DNA of 54,332 bases from Lophium mytilinum (Eukaryota): contig MU004197.1 in NCBI GenBank assembly GCA_010093605.1, positions 1,550,707 through 1,605,038 of the forward strand, in the 5' to 3' direction. Shown here piece after piece: positions 10,764 through 22,037 of this stretch. Numbering within the stretch: the first letter of the stretch is position 1; the number at the start of each line of letters is the position of its first letter. A program made the translations under genes and the position numbers. The notes under the pieces are model-generated. The model ran no database searches, was not told where the DNA came from, and worked only from the letters and a program-made list of their open reading frames with translations.

Positions 10764-12061
10764 GGTTGGGTTAGGGGCTAGGATAAGTGGAGTAAAACCC
10801 TTATCTACCACCTCTCACGGCTTTCTCGAAACCACGAATTCTGCTTGTACGTCTGCATGACATAGGGGAGTGGGATCGGGCAGGTGGATTGGGTGGGTGG
10901 GTATAGCATCACGGGGATTTATGATCAGCCTGGATGGCTTGTAAAATACAATTTCCCGAATTACTTCAAAAGCTCACTCATCGTTCTCATGTTCATTCTA
11001 ATCTCTTGCTCCATCTTCGTTCCGCAATCTCTCCGCCGACAACGTCAACATTGCTTCCGAACCTACGCAGGCGGTCGCGAAATGGGCATAGGTCGCTAGC
11101 GGAGCGTATTCGATATTGCCAATATTGAAATCGGAATACTAGGGTTTTGCGCAGAATGCTAGGCGCGCCAACGCTCTGCGGTCTCGATGCTTGCAACCTC
11201 ATTAGGGGCAGATAGTCGGTGGGATCATGGGGAGTCGTAGGTGAAGCAGCGGTCTTAGTGCTATGATTGGGCAAAGAAAGAAGTATAAGCAGATGCTAGA
11301 TCGGAGATGATAGGATGCGGATGGACAAAGGTGAGCGAAGCCTAAATCTGTTGTATAGATAGTGATGAGGTACACTACTAGGTCACAAGCCTAAGCACCC
11401 ATATAGTACTGCTCGAGTCCCGCTTCTGCCAGCTGGACGAGACCTGCAGGGGCGGCCCCATCGCGAGGATGCCTCGTGGTCAAGAGGACGCTCAGATCAC
11501 ACTGTCTGACACTTGACATGACGGCTGCGTTATGGTCACCCTGTGAGGGCGCTCCTGGCAGTGGCGAACAAGTGTGCCCGGAGGTATAGTCAGGTGCTGT
11601 AGCTGGCTTTTGATCAAGATTATGGGACCGTCCATTGGCCGTTGTGTGGAACACCATTTCGGAAAGCTCAAAAGAATACAAGACGGTGAATGGATGCCTC
11701 AGGTCGACCGGCACGATATTCGATCCCTCCAATAATGCTAGCCACGTACCCGATCAGTACCACATTATCAGACCGGCTCCTGCGAGATTTTGGTTTCATC
11801 CAATGAAAAGGCATGGTGGCGCCATTGGAAGTCATGCATGATGTGGCATGCTGGAGAGGCGCATCGACGCTGATTGGCAGATTCCACAATCTCGTGCATC
11901 AGCTCCGCCTTTCAGCCTTGCGTCGCAACTATGAATACCCCACGGCATCCTCAATTTGTGTGGAATCCTTTTGCATCTATTCTACTACATATCCCCTCAG
12001 AACCATACCCCGACTTCGTCACTCTACCGTGTCTACTCTACTTCCCATCAGCTCAACCAGG

Positions 12062-13510
12062 ATGACAGTACCTTGGGAAGACCACAAGGACTTGATACAA
12101 GATCTTTACCTATGGCAAAACCAAACGCTCCAGCATGTCATGGACTTCATGAAAGAGAATCATGACTTTACACCATCGTACGGATCTTCCATATTTGCAT
12201 CTTCATTCATATATTGACCGCGTCCAGGAAGGGTCAATACGAACGCCAACTCAAAAAATGGCAGTTCAAGAAAAACAGCAAGGCCGACGTATGGAAAGCG
12301 GTTACTTACAAAACAGAGAAACGAAAGAGGGAGGGGAAGGAAAGTGATGTGTACATGGAAGGAGAACTAGTTCCGCGGGAGAAGGTCAGGAAAGCAACTG
12401 CCCGACCTCACAGTTATATGTCCACCATCGAACGTCTTCAAGCGGGTAGGCATTCGCTTGGCTTTGATATGCACATTGGCTCATGTTCTGTAGCACCTTC
12501 TCCGCGAACGCCGCCAGGTGTGACTATCTGCACACCACAATCCTTTTCTGACGACATACCCGATACCGACAACATGGAGGGTTTGCCTTGTGTCAAATAT
12601 CAGACTGTGCGCACGTTCGCTTTCCAATTGGGACCCTTTCCTCGTTTCGTGCCTACCACAAATTTGGACAGCAGTCGCACGACCACCTTGGATCGACATA
12701 CTGTCTCGGGATTTCGGCGCTTGTACAACACAACCCTCCAAAATGGCATTGCTGGAATAAGACTCTCAGAAGATTACGACATGAGCCTCGCATCCTTTTC
12801 AACTGATTTATATACCATTATATCGGAACCGACCATAATCCAGAGACTCTCACAGGCTCTCTACGAATTATGGAGCCAGAGGGAATCATCTGATGCCGAG
12901 CGATTTTCGGAACCGACCTTAGCCCAGGTATTCGCATGGGAATTCAACGATTTATCGAACAATGGGAAGGCATCTGATGCCGACCGACTGGTATATCAAT
13001 GGTTCAGCCTCCCCGGCACCCTGGATCCCCTCGATAGACTTCTGCGATCCAAAAAGCCTACCATCGAGGCGTTCGCTGAAGCGATTAAGAGCGTGATCTC
13101 AGCGGGGTTGACATGGAATAAGAATAGACTCCGGACTAGACAATGACGAGCAAGATCTCATGAAACCCTTACTTATCATAATCGCCTTTGAAACAGGCAA
13201 CGTAGAGAGATCGTTCGGTTCCTCCTTCACAGTACTCGGAACTCGTTCCTGCGCCATTCTTAGAACATTTCTCAGACGTTGGTAAAGGCAATAGTATCTG
13301 ACCAAACCAAAACAGCGATCACGTTGTCTCTGAAGGATCTTGGTTGCGGTGACGACTGGAACCGCTCTATAAGCTCTCTGTTTGTGGCTTCGAAAACACT
13401 TCTTTTTGCGGCCATGGAGACAGGGAGTGAGGTTCTTATTCGATGACTCCTCGCATCGGGTTTGAATCTTGACAGTCACGCCTTCATAACTGACATCAAC
13501 AAGGGATGAT
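12062..13510 (+). pseudogene. Clr5-domain protein truncated at 13146, followed by decayed ankyrin-like remnants
   Basis: ATG 12062 'WEDHKDLIQDLYL.QNQTLQHVMDFMKENHDFTPS' + intron 12178-12227 + 'KGQYERQLKKWQFKKN' is a Clr5 domain. Probable intron 12446-12493; stop at 13146. Downstream fragments 'AFETGNVE/EIVRFLL' (frameshifted) and 'AAMETGSEVLIR*LLASGLNLD' look like ankyrin repeats. Confidence 0.65.
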
Positions 13511-14079
13511 TTGTGTTCTATCCAGTGGATGTTGATTAACACCACTGCTAGGAGGGCCACGACGAGCGAGTATTCACTTTCTCAAAATGTAGTCTGATTT
13601 CGACCGTGTTGGCTTTTCCCTTGTTTTCGGTGCTTGGAGGGTCTATTGGGGTAACCCGGGCAGCGCACATATTTATATACTGGTGCTGTAGATGTTATGG
13701 AGAGTGTCTTATCAGGCTTAGGAGGCACGTAAACAACTCAACATTGACATCTGATCAGTACGCCCAAAACGGCCCTATTTTCAATCAAGTCTGTTGTCTT
13801 CACCAGTTCTCCAATGCTTGACTCAGCTTCACACTCGCTCGACAACACCGCCAGCACATGCTTCACGGCCAACACAGCACACCACGATGCGAACAAGTCA
13901 GCTGCCTCGTACGTGATGCTACTTCCTACTCTATACATCTCCCAAGCTCGGCCTCCCTTTACCACGAAATCCCTTTCCTCAGCACTCACAGTTCTCATAC
14001 CCCAGACCAATATATCATACGCCCCTATTCCTCCCCAAGCTCGATACACCAACCCCCTAAACCCCACCAGCCCCCAAAT

Positions 14080-14769
14080 ATGTCCCCCAAGCACCACTCC
14101 TACCCTTCTCACCCCTCCCCCCGCCCCAAATGGCACTGCTGCGCCTGCCAAACCCACATCTTCCGCCACCAACCCACCTGCTGGCGCCTCGAATGCCAGC
14201 ACCCCCGCTGCCCCACCTGCTACACCTTCCACTACCCACCATACCACTACAACGCGCCCCTGCCCGGCATCACAGAAAACATGTTCCTCGCCTCTCCGCC
14301 AACGACACCGCGGATCAGGCTAGACGACCCGAGAATAGCGGGGAGGGTGATGCGGGAGGACTGGCTGTGCCATGTCTGCACCTTTTTTAATCCGGCGTCC
14401 GCGCCGAAGTGTGGGAGAGCGGAGTGTGCGCATCCGCGGTGCGAGAACTGCCATCCTCTGGCCTCGTTCTGCGCACCCGCGTCGCTTTCTGAACCTCCGC
14501 CGCCAATCCCACCGCGGAATCCAGCTCGTTTGCTCCAAGCCATTGAATTTGTCGAAGAGGTAGTCGAGCAGAGCGTGGAGGTGGTACCGATAATCGTCGT
14601 CGAAGACACAGAAGAGGCGGAGATGTCATCGACAGAAACCTTGCTCAACTCTCCGATTAGTATCACCGAGACTCTTACACCCCCTGTAGTAAGATTTCGC
14701 GTGCAGCAACACCTCCCACAGATCCTACATATGCATCGGCCGGCGCTGGTTCCGCGTAGATTTCGTTGA
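14080..14769 (+). CDS. Hypothetical protein with two Cys/His-rich zinc-ribbon motifs
   Basis: ATG 14080, in frame with ORF 13858-14769. Motifs WHCCACQTHIFRHQPTCWRLECQHPRCPTC and WLCHVCTFFNPASAPKCGRAECAHPRCENC, followed by PPPPIPPRNPARL. Confidence 0.65.
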   Translation: MSPKHHSYPSHPSPRPKWHCCACQTHIFRHQPTCWRLECQHPRCPTCYTFHYPPYHYNAPLPGITENMFLASPPTTPRIRLDDPRIAGRVMREDWLCHVCTFFNPASAPKCGRAECAHPRCENCHPLASFCAPASLSEPPPPIPPRNPARLLQAIEFVEEVVEQSVEVVPIIVVEDTEEAEMSSTETLLNSPISITETLTPPVVRFRVQQHLPQILHMHRPALVPRRFR

Positions 14770-15011
14770 GGACTGGGATGCCGGTCGTAAGGGTGAAGTG
14801 GGGGTGGAAGAGGTTTGCAAGTTGCTAAGTTGTTACTGGTTAGTGGGAGAAGGACACTTTAGTTAGATAGACCAAAGTCAAATAGGTCAATTTCAAGCCC
14901 ATGACTCTGTACAAAACTCGACACCAGATCTGTTTTGAAATCTTCATCACATCTTGGTATTCCAACTCTTCGTGTGGATATATAAACAAGCTGTAGGAAA
15001 AAATGAGGTGC

Positions 15012-16795
15012 TTATCCTCGCCGCTTCGGCCCCATAACCCTCTGCTTCGGAAACACCAGCGGGATCCGTAGTTTCGCCATTCGGTGCGCGACCGCCTCCG
15101 CTTTCGATTTTATCTTGTAGCGTTCGCGCTCGGCGTCGGTGGGGGTGGAGTCGCGGGCGCCGATTTCTTTGAATAGGGTCATAAGTCTATAGTTTTGGTG
15201 AGCGAATGAACAGCTACACGGTATTCTTGAACGTAGATTTGTGTTTGGATGAGCAGATCAGAAGTGCACAAAGTGCTGGTTTTGTAGTCAGTTGGCGGGG
15301 TCTTAAGCCGCCTCTTAAACACGGACCATTTATATTCATCATGTGATGGGAGAAATTGGGTTATAAGGGCAAGGGAAAAAGGTTTACATACTCAGGCGTT
15401 GTCATCTTCAAATCGTCTTTCAGATCGTATGTATCAACTACAAAGTCGTCCACGATAAGAGCAGCAGCGCAAACGTGAGAAATGAGGTAGTTAAGGTGCC
15501 ATCGGGTGAGTTCAGCGCTGTGGGACAGATATTAGTCAGAAGTACTAGACGGTAGAAAGGCCAAACTTACTTCTCATTCGCAAACTTCTTTTTCAACGCT
15601 TGCACCAACGGCGCATTTCCTCCCATGGCTTCATTGAATTTGTCCCGCAAGGGGATCGTATAGGGCCCTCTACCACCTTTTTGTCGCAACTGGTCTTTGA
15701 ACGTCATCAGCAGCAGGATAAACCGCAACACTTTCAACTTCTTGATATCCTTCCCAACCGCCAGCGCCTGTATCCGCTTCGCTACGAACCGGCTGTTCAC
15801 TTTGACCGGCACGTTCGCTCCCGCCGCATCCGCCCAGTCTTTCACGTTTATCAAGCCCATAATGTCGTTCCCGATAAGAGAAGAAATGGTGTAGACCTCC
15901 GCGGAGATCTTGGCGTCTAGGTTAGCTTTTGGCCGTGGCTTCCCCTCCTCCATCGCAGCAGTCTGCTCGTCTTTCGTAGGCATTTTCGAGGTGGAGGCTT
16001 CCATGGAGCTGAGCACAGCGGCGGCTACAGTGTCGGAGGGAGGTGGGGGAATAGTGCCACCGGGAGATGCGTGTCGTGGGAGGTCGCGGGTGATGGCATT
16101 GGTGGTGCGGTCGTCAATTGCCTTTCTGGTCTTCTTGTTGCCGAATTCCATGCCTAGGGTTTCGAGTTTGCTTGCGATCTGTTGCAACAGCGTTAATATC
16201 AACACTTCAAGGCAGAGGACGGAGGAGATGGATTGGGGATGTACCGTCGGTCGCTTGAGCTGGGCTGCTGCTTCCCGCTCTTGCCGTAGTTCTTCCTCTT
16301 CGCTCCGTAATGTGCTCCGGACCGTGACTTTATGTGCTTCCATGAGCTTAAGCTCGCCGCTATCCGGGTCATAGATGCCGACGTAGTGCCTAAGCAAGCT
16401 GTCGGCGCTGCCATCTTTCTCTTCTCGGGCTGTGTAGTCTAGCATTGGGTGGTCGGAGGAGTGCAGGATGAGTTTTTGAGGGAGCTTTTTGCCTTTGGGA
16501 AGGACGCCTCCGATAGAGCTGCCGCTCTTGTAAGGCTTGAGTGCGATTTTGGAGGGAAATGAGAGTCCGGGCGTGGATGCTGTACAGGATTAGCTGGCTG
16601 CATACTTCAATTCCCTCTTGAACAAGTAGATGTCCTTGGTATCCACTCTTTCGCGAATTGCATACCTATAACAGGCCCGAGTACATCGTTATCCTCCAGC
16701 AGCTGAACCTTGACCGTCTCGGGCGCATGGAAAGCCACCATCTTCGCAGGCCTATCGCCCTTCTCCGACTCTCTTTTCCTCTTCTTTTCCGACAT
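15012..16795 (-). CDS. RPA49: RNA polymerase I subunit A49 (Rpa49/PAF53), 5 exons
   Basis: ATG 16795; introns 16580-16665, 16179-16244, 15518-15570 and 15187-15391. Motifs 'RHYVGIYDP..GEL.LMEA', 'LGMEFGNKKTRKAI', 'PRPKANLDA....EVY', 'LISHVCAAALIVDDF..DTYDLKDDL', 'FKEIGA', 'AKLRIPLVFP'. Stop at 15012-15014. Confidence 0.92.
15256..15347 (-). ncRNA. snR18: Box C/D snoRNA of the U18/snR18 family, in the last intron of RPA49
   Basis: Box C ATGATGA (15342-15336) and box D CTGA (15261-15258) with a short ATCA/TGAT terminal stem. Guide TGGTCCGTGTTT (15328-15317) is complementary to the conserved LSU rRNA sequence AAACACGGACCA, the known U18/snR18 target. The host intron is 205 nt, against about 50-85 nt for the others. 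Confidence 0.88.
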
Positions 16796-17176
16796 GGTGT
16801 ACAGGTGTGTTGGGTATACAATTGGTGTGGGGATTGTGTATTGAGCGCTGTGAAGGTCGGCGAACAAAATTTCGGTGGAGACTGCCAAGACTTTGTCGGC
16901 CTCACGTCGGCATCCCGTCCCGCGTCCTTAGCGTGCCGCCGATTGCAGTTCGGACGTCATCCCGAGCCGCGTCTGATCACGGCGTTGATGCTTGAAACAC
17001 CAAAAAGTTAGAACCCTGTTTTCCTGCTGATAGAATGAAGTCTACTTAGACTTTGTCCCGTGTCAAACTCTCTAGATACCCTTCCTTCGTTGTTCTCCAG
17101 GCGCATTCAATTCAATTCTCTTCCTAGTATTCCGCATTGCATCTTCCCAACTTCCCAGTCAAGCGACTACACCACC

Positions 17177-17930
17177 ATGTCCGGCATCATGAGCAGCCTC
17201 ACCGGCGTCCTAACCTCCCTGGGCGGCAAGATCCAAGGGGTCGTCGACCGCCTCTTCCCTCCGGAGAAACGTGCCGAATGGATCTCCAGACTCCAAGCCT
17301 TTGCCGTCTCCAACCCAAAACTAGCCGTACGTCTATAACCACACGTTCAAAACGACGTGGATGATAGGTATGCTAACGTATACACAGGGCTTCCTCCTAA
17401 CCAACATCGCCCTGACCGGCCTCCCCCTCCTCATGTTCGTCGTCTTCACCATCACCGTCTTCGTCTTCTCCCTCGTCGTCGCCCTGCTCGTCGGCCTCCT
17501 CGCCGCCCTCCTCTTCACCGTCTTCATGGTCGGCCTCGCCCTCCTACTCATTTTGCCCACTGTCTTCCTCACCACTATGGGTGCTACCTTCCTCTTCCTT
17601 TGGGGGTTGGGCGGGTATTACATTGTGAAATGGTTCAATGAGGGCTCGACGGGCCCGGCGCCGGAGGGAGACGCGATTGGCGATAAGTTGAATAGCTTGA
17701 CGGGCGGGCGGCTGGGGTTCTTGACGGATGGGGCGAGGAAGAAGGAGGCGGGGGAGCTGCCGGAGGTGGGGAGTGCGGGAGACGAGGTCAAAAAGGGGGC
17801 GGGAGAGGTGGGCGACAATGCGAAAAACGAAGTGGCGAAGGGGGCGGACGGAGTGAAGCAGAGGACTGGGAAGAGTGCCAATGGGAAGGCGGCAAATGGG
17901 AAAGCAGATAAGGGAGGGGATGCTGAGTGA
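17177..17930 (+). CDS. Promethin/LDAF1-like lipid-droplet membrane protein (2 exons)
   Basis: ATG 17177; intron 17327-17387 (GTACGT...CTAAC...CAG). 'FAVSNPKLA|GFLLTNIALTGLPLLMF' is followed by about 75 continuous hydrophobic residues (hairpins) and then a charged tail. Confidence 0.8.
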
Positions 17931-18036
17931 ACAGCGGAGCATGAGGGCGAGGACGGGTCGAGTAATGTGGGAGCGAGGATTGTGGATTCTTAGGCTTAAT
18001 TTGATGGCATCGGCTCTGCTTCTTCCCGACAGAGTG

Positions 18037-19314
18037 CTACTCTGAGAACGTGTGAGTCAGACGTACATCCGCGATGTTTATTTGCAGGTCTGGGTATGCA
18101 GTCTCGATACACTCTACCGGGGCCTCGAGAAAATCCGGGTCGCCAGTCCAATGTTTGTTAAGATGCAGCGTGCTCAACGACGGCGGCAAAGTCAAACTCA
18201 GATCCTGGGCTGCTGTTGACCCGAAAAGAAACAGGCAATCGGTATGGAGAAACGTCAACCTCTCAAACGCAATCAGGTCGCAGTGCCAATCGTCAGGGAC
18301 CCATGCTAACTCAGGCCCATTAGGACCAAGGAGTTCCGTCGTGTAGATTGTGAGGCTTTCCAAGGTACTGCTAGAAAGTGCGCGCAGGGGCTTGATGACA
18401 TCGAAAGGGCTTGCCCAATCCTCGTCGTACTCATCATTCCCTATCAGGTGGCGCTCTTCGAAGGTGTAGCTGAACGTTTTTAGCCTGGTGGCCCATCCTA
18501 GTAGCTGTTTTACTGCGCTGTTCCATATAGCGCCTTTTAGTATTTTGATTGATGTCAAATTCGAAAGAGGAGACTTCGGCCAAGAGCTGCAAGCTAGGCC
18601 ATAGCCAGAATGCGATACCTCGAGTTCACTCAGGACAGGCGTCTGTAGCCACTCTGGCACTCCTATTGATCCGAAATACCCCTCGGCGTGATGAGGGCCA
18701 AGATCAATGCTCAATTTGTGGACTTTAGCGAAGTTGTTGGTTCCATGACGGTTGGAAAAAAAATCGGTGGGAAGCATGTCCATGACCTCGGGGAAATAGC
18801 CGTCCGCCAAAATGATATTTAGGGTTTCGATGTTGGGTAGAAGAAGAAGCAGTAAAGTAGGGAACGAGCTTCTTGCTTTGGAATTAACCTCTTTCCAAAG
18901 TTTCGATCCGGAGGGAACCTTGAGCTCATGTGCTTTCTGAAAGATTGGTTGCACTACTGTCTCCCCGAGTGGTTCCCAAGAATAGTCTCCCTTGCCCGGC
19001 AGAAATAGTTGGACGTTTTTGACGTGTTTTGCTAAGCTTAAATGCTCGAGCATAGTCCGGACGAACAGGCAGATGGCGTCCGGGTAGCCATGTTCGCTGC
19101 CTAGAGTAGGCTCATGGATCGTCAGAGTGGAATATAGAATTGGAGTAACAAGATCATGGAATAGGTGTGAAGCAAGTGAAATGTTGCGAAGCGTTTTCAA
19201 AGGCTGATCATGCTCGTGTATGAATGAGAATATTTCAATGAGTAGCTCGTTTGGGAGACTTGGATGTTGTCGTTCCCCTCGACAAAGTTCCTCAGCGGCA
19301 ACGTTTGACGCCAT
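18037..19314 (-). CDS. F-box domain protein with a degenerate LRR-like C-terminus
   Basis: Single 425-aa ORF; N-terminal 'SLPNELLIEIFSFI......LRNISLASHLFHDLVTPILYSTL' is a typical fungal F-box-like motif. Confidence 0.8.
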   Translation of the reverse strand: MASNVAAEELCRGERQHPSLPNELLIEIFSFIHEHDQPLKTLRNISLASHLFHDLVTPILYSTLTIHEPTLGSEHGYPDAICLFVRTMLEHLSLAKHVKNVQLFLPGKGDYSWEPLGETVVQPIFQKAHELKVPSGSKLWKEVNSKARSSFPTLLLLLLPNIETLNIILADGYFPEVMDMLPTDFFSNRHGTNNFAKVHKLSIDLGPHHAEGYFGSIGVPEWLQTPVLSELEVSHSGYGLACSSWPKSPLSNLTSIKILKGAIWNSAVKQLLGWATRLKTFSYTFEERHLIGNDEYDEDWASPFDVIKPLRALSSSTLESLTIYTTELLGPNGPELAWVPDDWHCDLIAFERLTFLHTDCLFLFGSTAAQDLSLTLPPSLSTLHLNKHWTGDPDFLEAPVECIETAYPDLQINIADVRLTHTFSE

Positions 19315-20411
19315 GCCGGCTTGAAATGTGTTTGGTTGGATAAAGTACAGGTTGAGATAAGTTGCACAGAGAAGCGAACACGGCTGAGGGTTGTATTGAG
19401 GTATAAATACACTCTAGCTTACCAGGATCCTTCTCCATCCCCTTTTGAGCACTAGCAAGTCACGCTAGGCAAGGGAGAAGTGGTACACTCCAGCAGTCTA
19501 ACACCATCTGAGGTGGCTCGAAGAGCTTTGCAGCTGGCCAAAACTGATATTTTGAGATTATTGATAGTATATTAGAGGACTTGAAGCATTGCTAAACAGT
19601 GGTATACGAGCACAGAAATAGTGGGTGCACCTTGCGGATTTGTGGACTGCTAATTTCTATTGCCACTCACCTGCCAAGCTATCTTATGTTACCTAGTAAT
19701 CAGGTGCACCTCTCTACCACTGCTTGGAGTGCTTCAGCAAGTTTCTGAATAGCCCAAGGATAACATTTCTGTCTTGTTTGTATATTCAAAAAAGCATTGA
19801 AGCACTACAAAAGTACAAGCAGCGGCAGACAGGAGTACGAAAGGCAGAATGAAATGCCACATTTTCCTTGCCCCGTACGCAGGGGCTGTGACTAAGCGAA
19901 CCTAAGCAGCCTTGCAAATCCCGAGGTCTGCCTTGCTCGATTGTAGCCTACACAAAAAATGGAATCAGGAGATTGTCAACCGCGAATCTGGCTACTTTGG
20001 AGTTTCGAATGCTAAATCTACCTGCCTTATACAACGTCCTAGTAGACTTCTTGGTCGAGCCAACGGTACCAGATCGTAAGTTTGGGCACATGGAAAATCC
20101 AATCTTCGGACTCTACTCTTGCTTGTCCGAAGCCGCTGTGAGGAGTGGCTCGTCTTGTAGGCAGCCGGCCAATCAATAGGCAGCCTAATTCCCATTCAAT
20201 TTCCTTCCGTGTCGTGTTTATACCTTCAAATGCTCTTTAAGGTGCTCCAAGCAATCAACACAGAAATTGTCTGGACTTCATGGCAGAGTATGTCATAGAA
20301 CTTGATTCTAGTGAATGAGCGTTCAATTTCTGATCCTGATTTATATACGAAGAGGTACAGCTATGTTCGAGACAAAGTGCTTTTCCGCACCCTCAATTGG
20401 CCTGAACCAAA

Positions 20412-21527
20412 TCATGGCGCAAAAGACACCAGCTTACCGATGCCGTTGTACTCCGCCGCAACATCCATAGCCTCTTTCCAGTCTTCCAACGCAAAAGTCT
20501 TCGCATCCACCAAATCCTTTCCTTTCGGGTACAGCCCTCTCTCCAGCATCTTCACAAACTGAAACATATCCTCCCTCTCATACATCAACTTCCCCTTCAG
20601 CGTAATATCATCCCCAACAAGCTTCCAGCTCGCAGCAGGAACATCCACAAACCCCATCATACTAACCCTCCCGCCCCGCCTGAGCGCCGCCACCGCACTC
20701 TTCAAATGCGTCGACTTGCCCGCCTCCGGCGGCGAAAGATCCAAAACCGCATCAACCGTCCCAAACGCCATCAACGCTGCGGTATCCGCCTTCTCATCCC
20801 CCGTAATCCTCACCGTCTCAATACTCGCCCCCGGCGCACCCTTCAAAACGTGTTCCTTGAGTGCCGCTAACTTCCCCTCATCCCGCCCCATCGCAATCAC
20901 CCGCGCGCCCAGCGCAACCGCCACCTTCACCGCGGCGCCCCCATAGCCCCCAGTCGCCGGCGACACCACCACCGTCTCGCCCGGCTCGACCTTGATATCC
21001 CTCAACCCCCCAAACGGCACGAGGAGGTGGCACAGATACATCAACTCCTTCACCCCGTACCCCAGTTCCTTACACAACCGCGCCTCATTCAGCGGCACGC
21101 AGTTCTCCAGCGGCATGCGCGCGTACTCGGCCCACACACCATCACGCCATACATCGCGGAACAGCTTCTTGCTGCCCGCGCGGGCGCCCTCGGAGATTGC
21201 AGTGAGGAACAGCTCGCTGGGGTCGTCGCGGCCGCGCACGACGCAGTCCACGAAGACGAGTTGGCCGACGGTGAGTGCGACGGCGTCAGGGCCGAGGGCG
21301 GCGACGCGGGCGATGGCGCTCGAGCCGCCGACGAGGGGCTGTGGGAAGGCGTAGTGGCGCGTGCCGTCGTAGATTTCGCGGTGGTAGGAGATGATGCCGG
21401 CTTGGAGGATTTGGAGGACGGCGCTGCCGGGGGTCGGGAGGGGGGTGGGCACGGTTTGGAGGTGGAAGCCGGCGGTGGTGGATTCGAGGACAAGGGCGCG
21501 GTGGGAGAGTGGGACGGGGGAAGACAT
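20412..21527 (-). CDS. Medium-chain (GroES-like/Rossmann) alcohol dehydrogenase-family oxidoreductase
   Basis: Intronless 371 aa; N-terminal GroES-like region, 'VEPGETVVVSPATGGYGGAAVKVAVALGARVIAMGR' nucleotide-binding motif and 'LRRGGRVSMMG'. Lacks the canonical GHE zinc motif. Confidence 0.88.
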   Translation of the reverse strand: MSSPVPLSHRALVLESTTAGFHLQTVPTPLPTPGSAVLQILQAGIISYHREIYDGTRHYAFPQPLVGGSSAIARVAALGPDAVALTVGQLVFVDCVVRGRDDPSELFLTAISEGARAGSKKLFRDVWRDGVWAEYARMPLENCVPLNEARLCKELGYGVKELMYLCHLLVPFGGLRDIKVEPGETVVVSPATGGYGGAAVKVAVALGARVIAMGRDEGKLAALKEHVLKGAPGASIETVRITGDEKADTAALMAFGTVDAVLDLSPPEAGKSTHLKSAVAALRRGGRVSMMGFVDVPAASWKLVGDDITLKGKLMYEREDMFQFVKMLERGLYPKGKDLVDAKTFALEDWKEAMDVAAEYNGIGKLVSFAP

Positions 21528-21646
21528 CTTGGAGTTTGGGTTTGGAGATTGTGGAGATTGGAGGATTTTGATCTGAAAAAGAGGAAGAGGAGGAGCTTTG
21601 ATTGTTCTGTTGTTCTGGGTGATGGCTTTTGGGGCTTCGGATGCTG

Positions 21647-21684
21647 TTTATATAGGGGGTATTGGTGGTCCTCCCCCGGACCCG
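21647..21684 (-). promoter_or_regulatory. TATA box and CGG-N2-CCG site upstream of the ADH gene
   Basis: TATATAAA on the minus strand at 21654-21647, about 120 bp upstream of the ATG; CGGACCCG at 21677-21684. Confidence 0.5.
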
Positions 21685-22037
21685 TATTGAGCGGGCTTAA
21701 GCTTCTCAACCCCGCTCGCTCCTTGTGAAAGCCGCTTTCGCCCAGCTGTCAAGATGAACGAAGCCTAGGGTTCTCCAGCCAATGCGCCGACTCCCTGGAG
21801 ACGGAGTTAGCGGATTTTATGAATGGCTGAGTTGGGAGCTTTTCGGGCTCTGTGTAAGAGCGATGCTCCGATTTCTATAGAAGGCGTACTATAGGTCTTG
21901 AATCTCTCGGCGCCTGGGGAATCGATGTGAAATTTGACGCGGAAGCTTAGAAAGTGGAAAGAGCACTCCTATCAAATCGGTCTTCTGTCAGGAGAGTTAC
22001 TGAGCCCTCTGCGTACCCTAATCCTAGCTGCACTTGG

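Noticed and set aside
11391..11732. 113-aa minus-strand ORF
   Set aside because: No motifs, no ATG at the annotated start, and no supporting gene structure.
13814..14323. Pro/Thr/Ala-rich ORF overlapping the zinc-ribbon gene
   Set aside because: Alternative frame of C-rich DNA; the Cys-motif frame is better supported.
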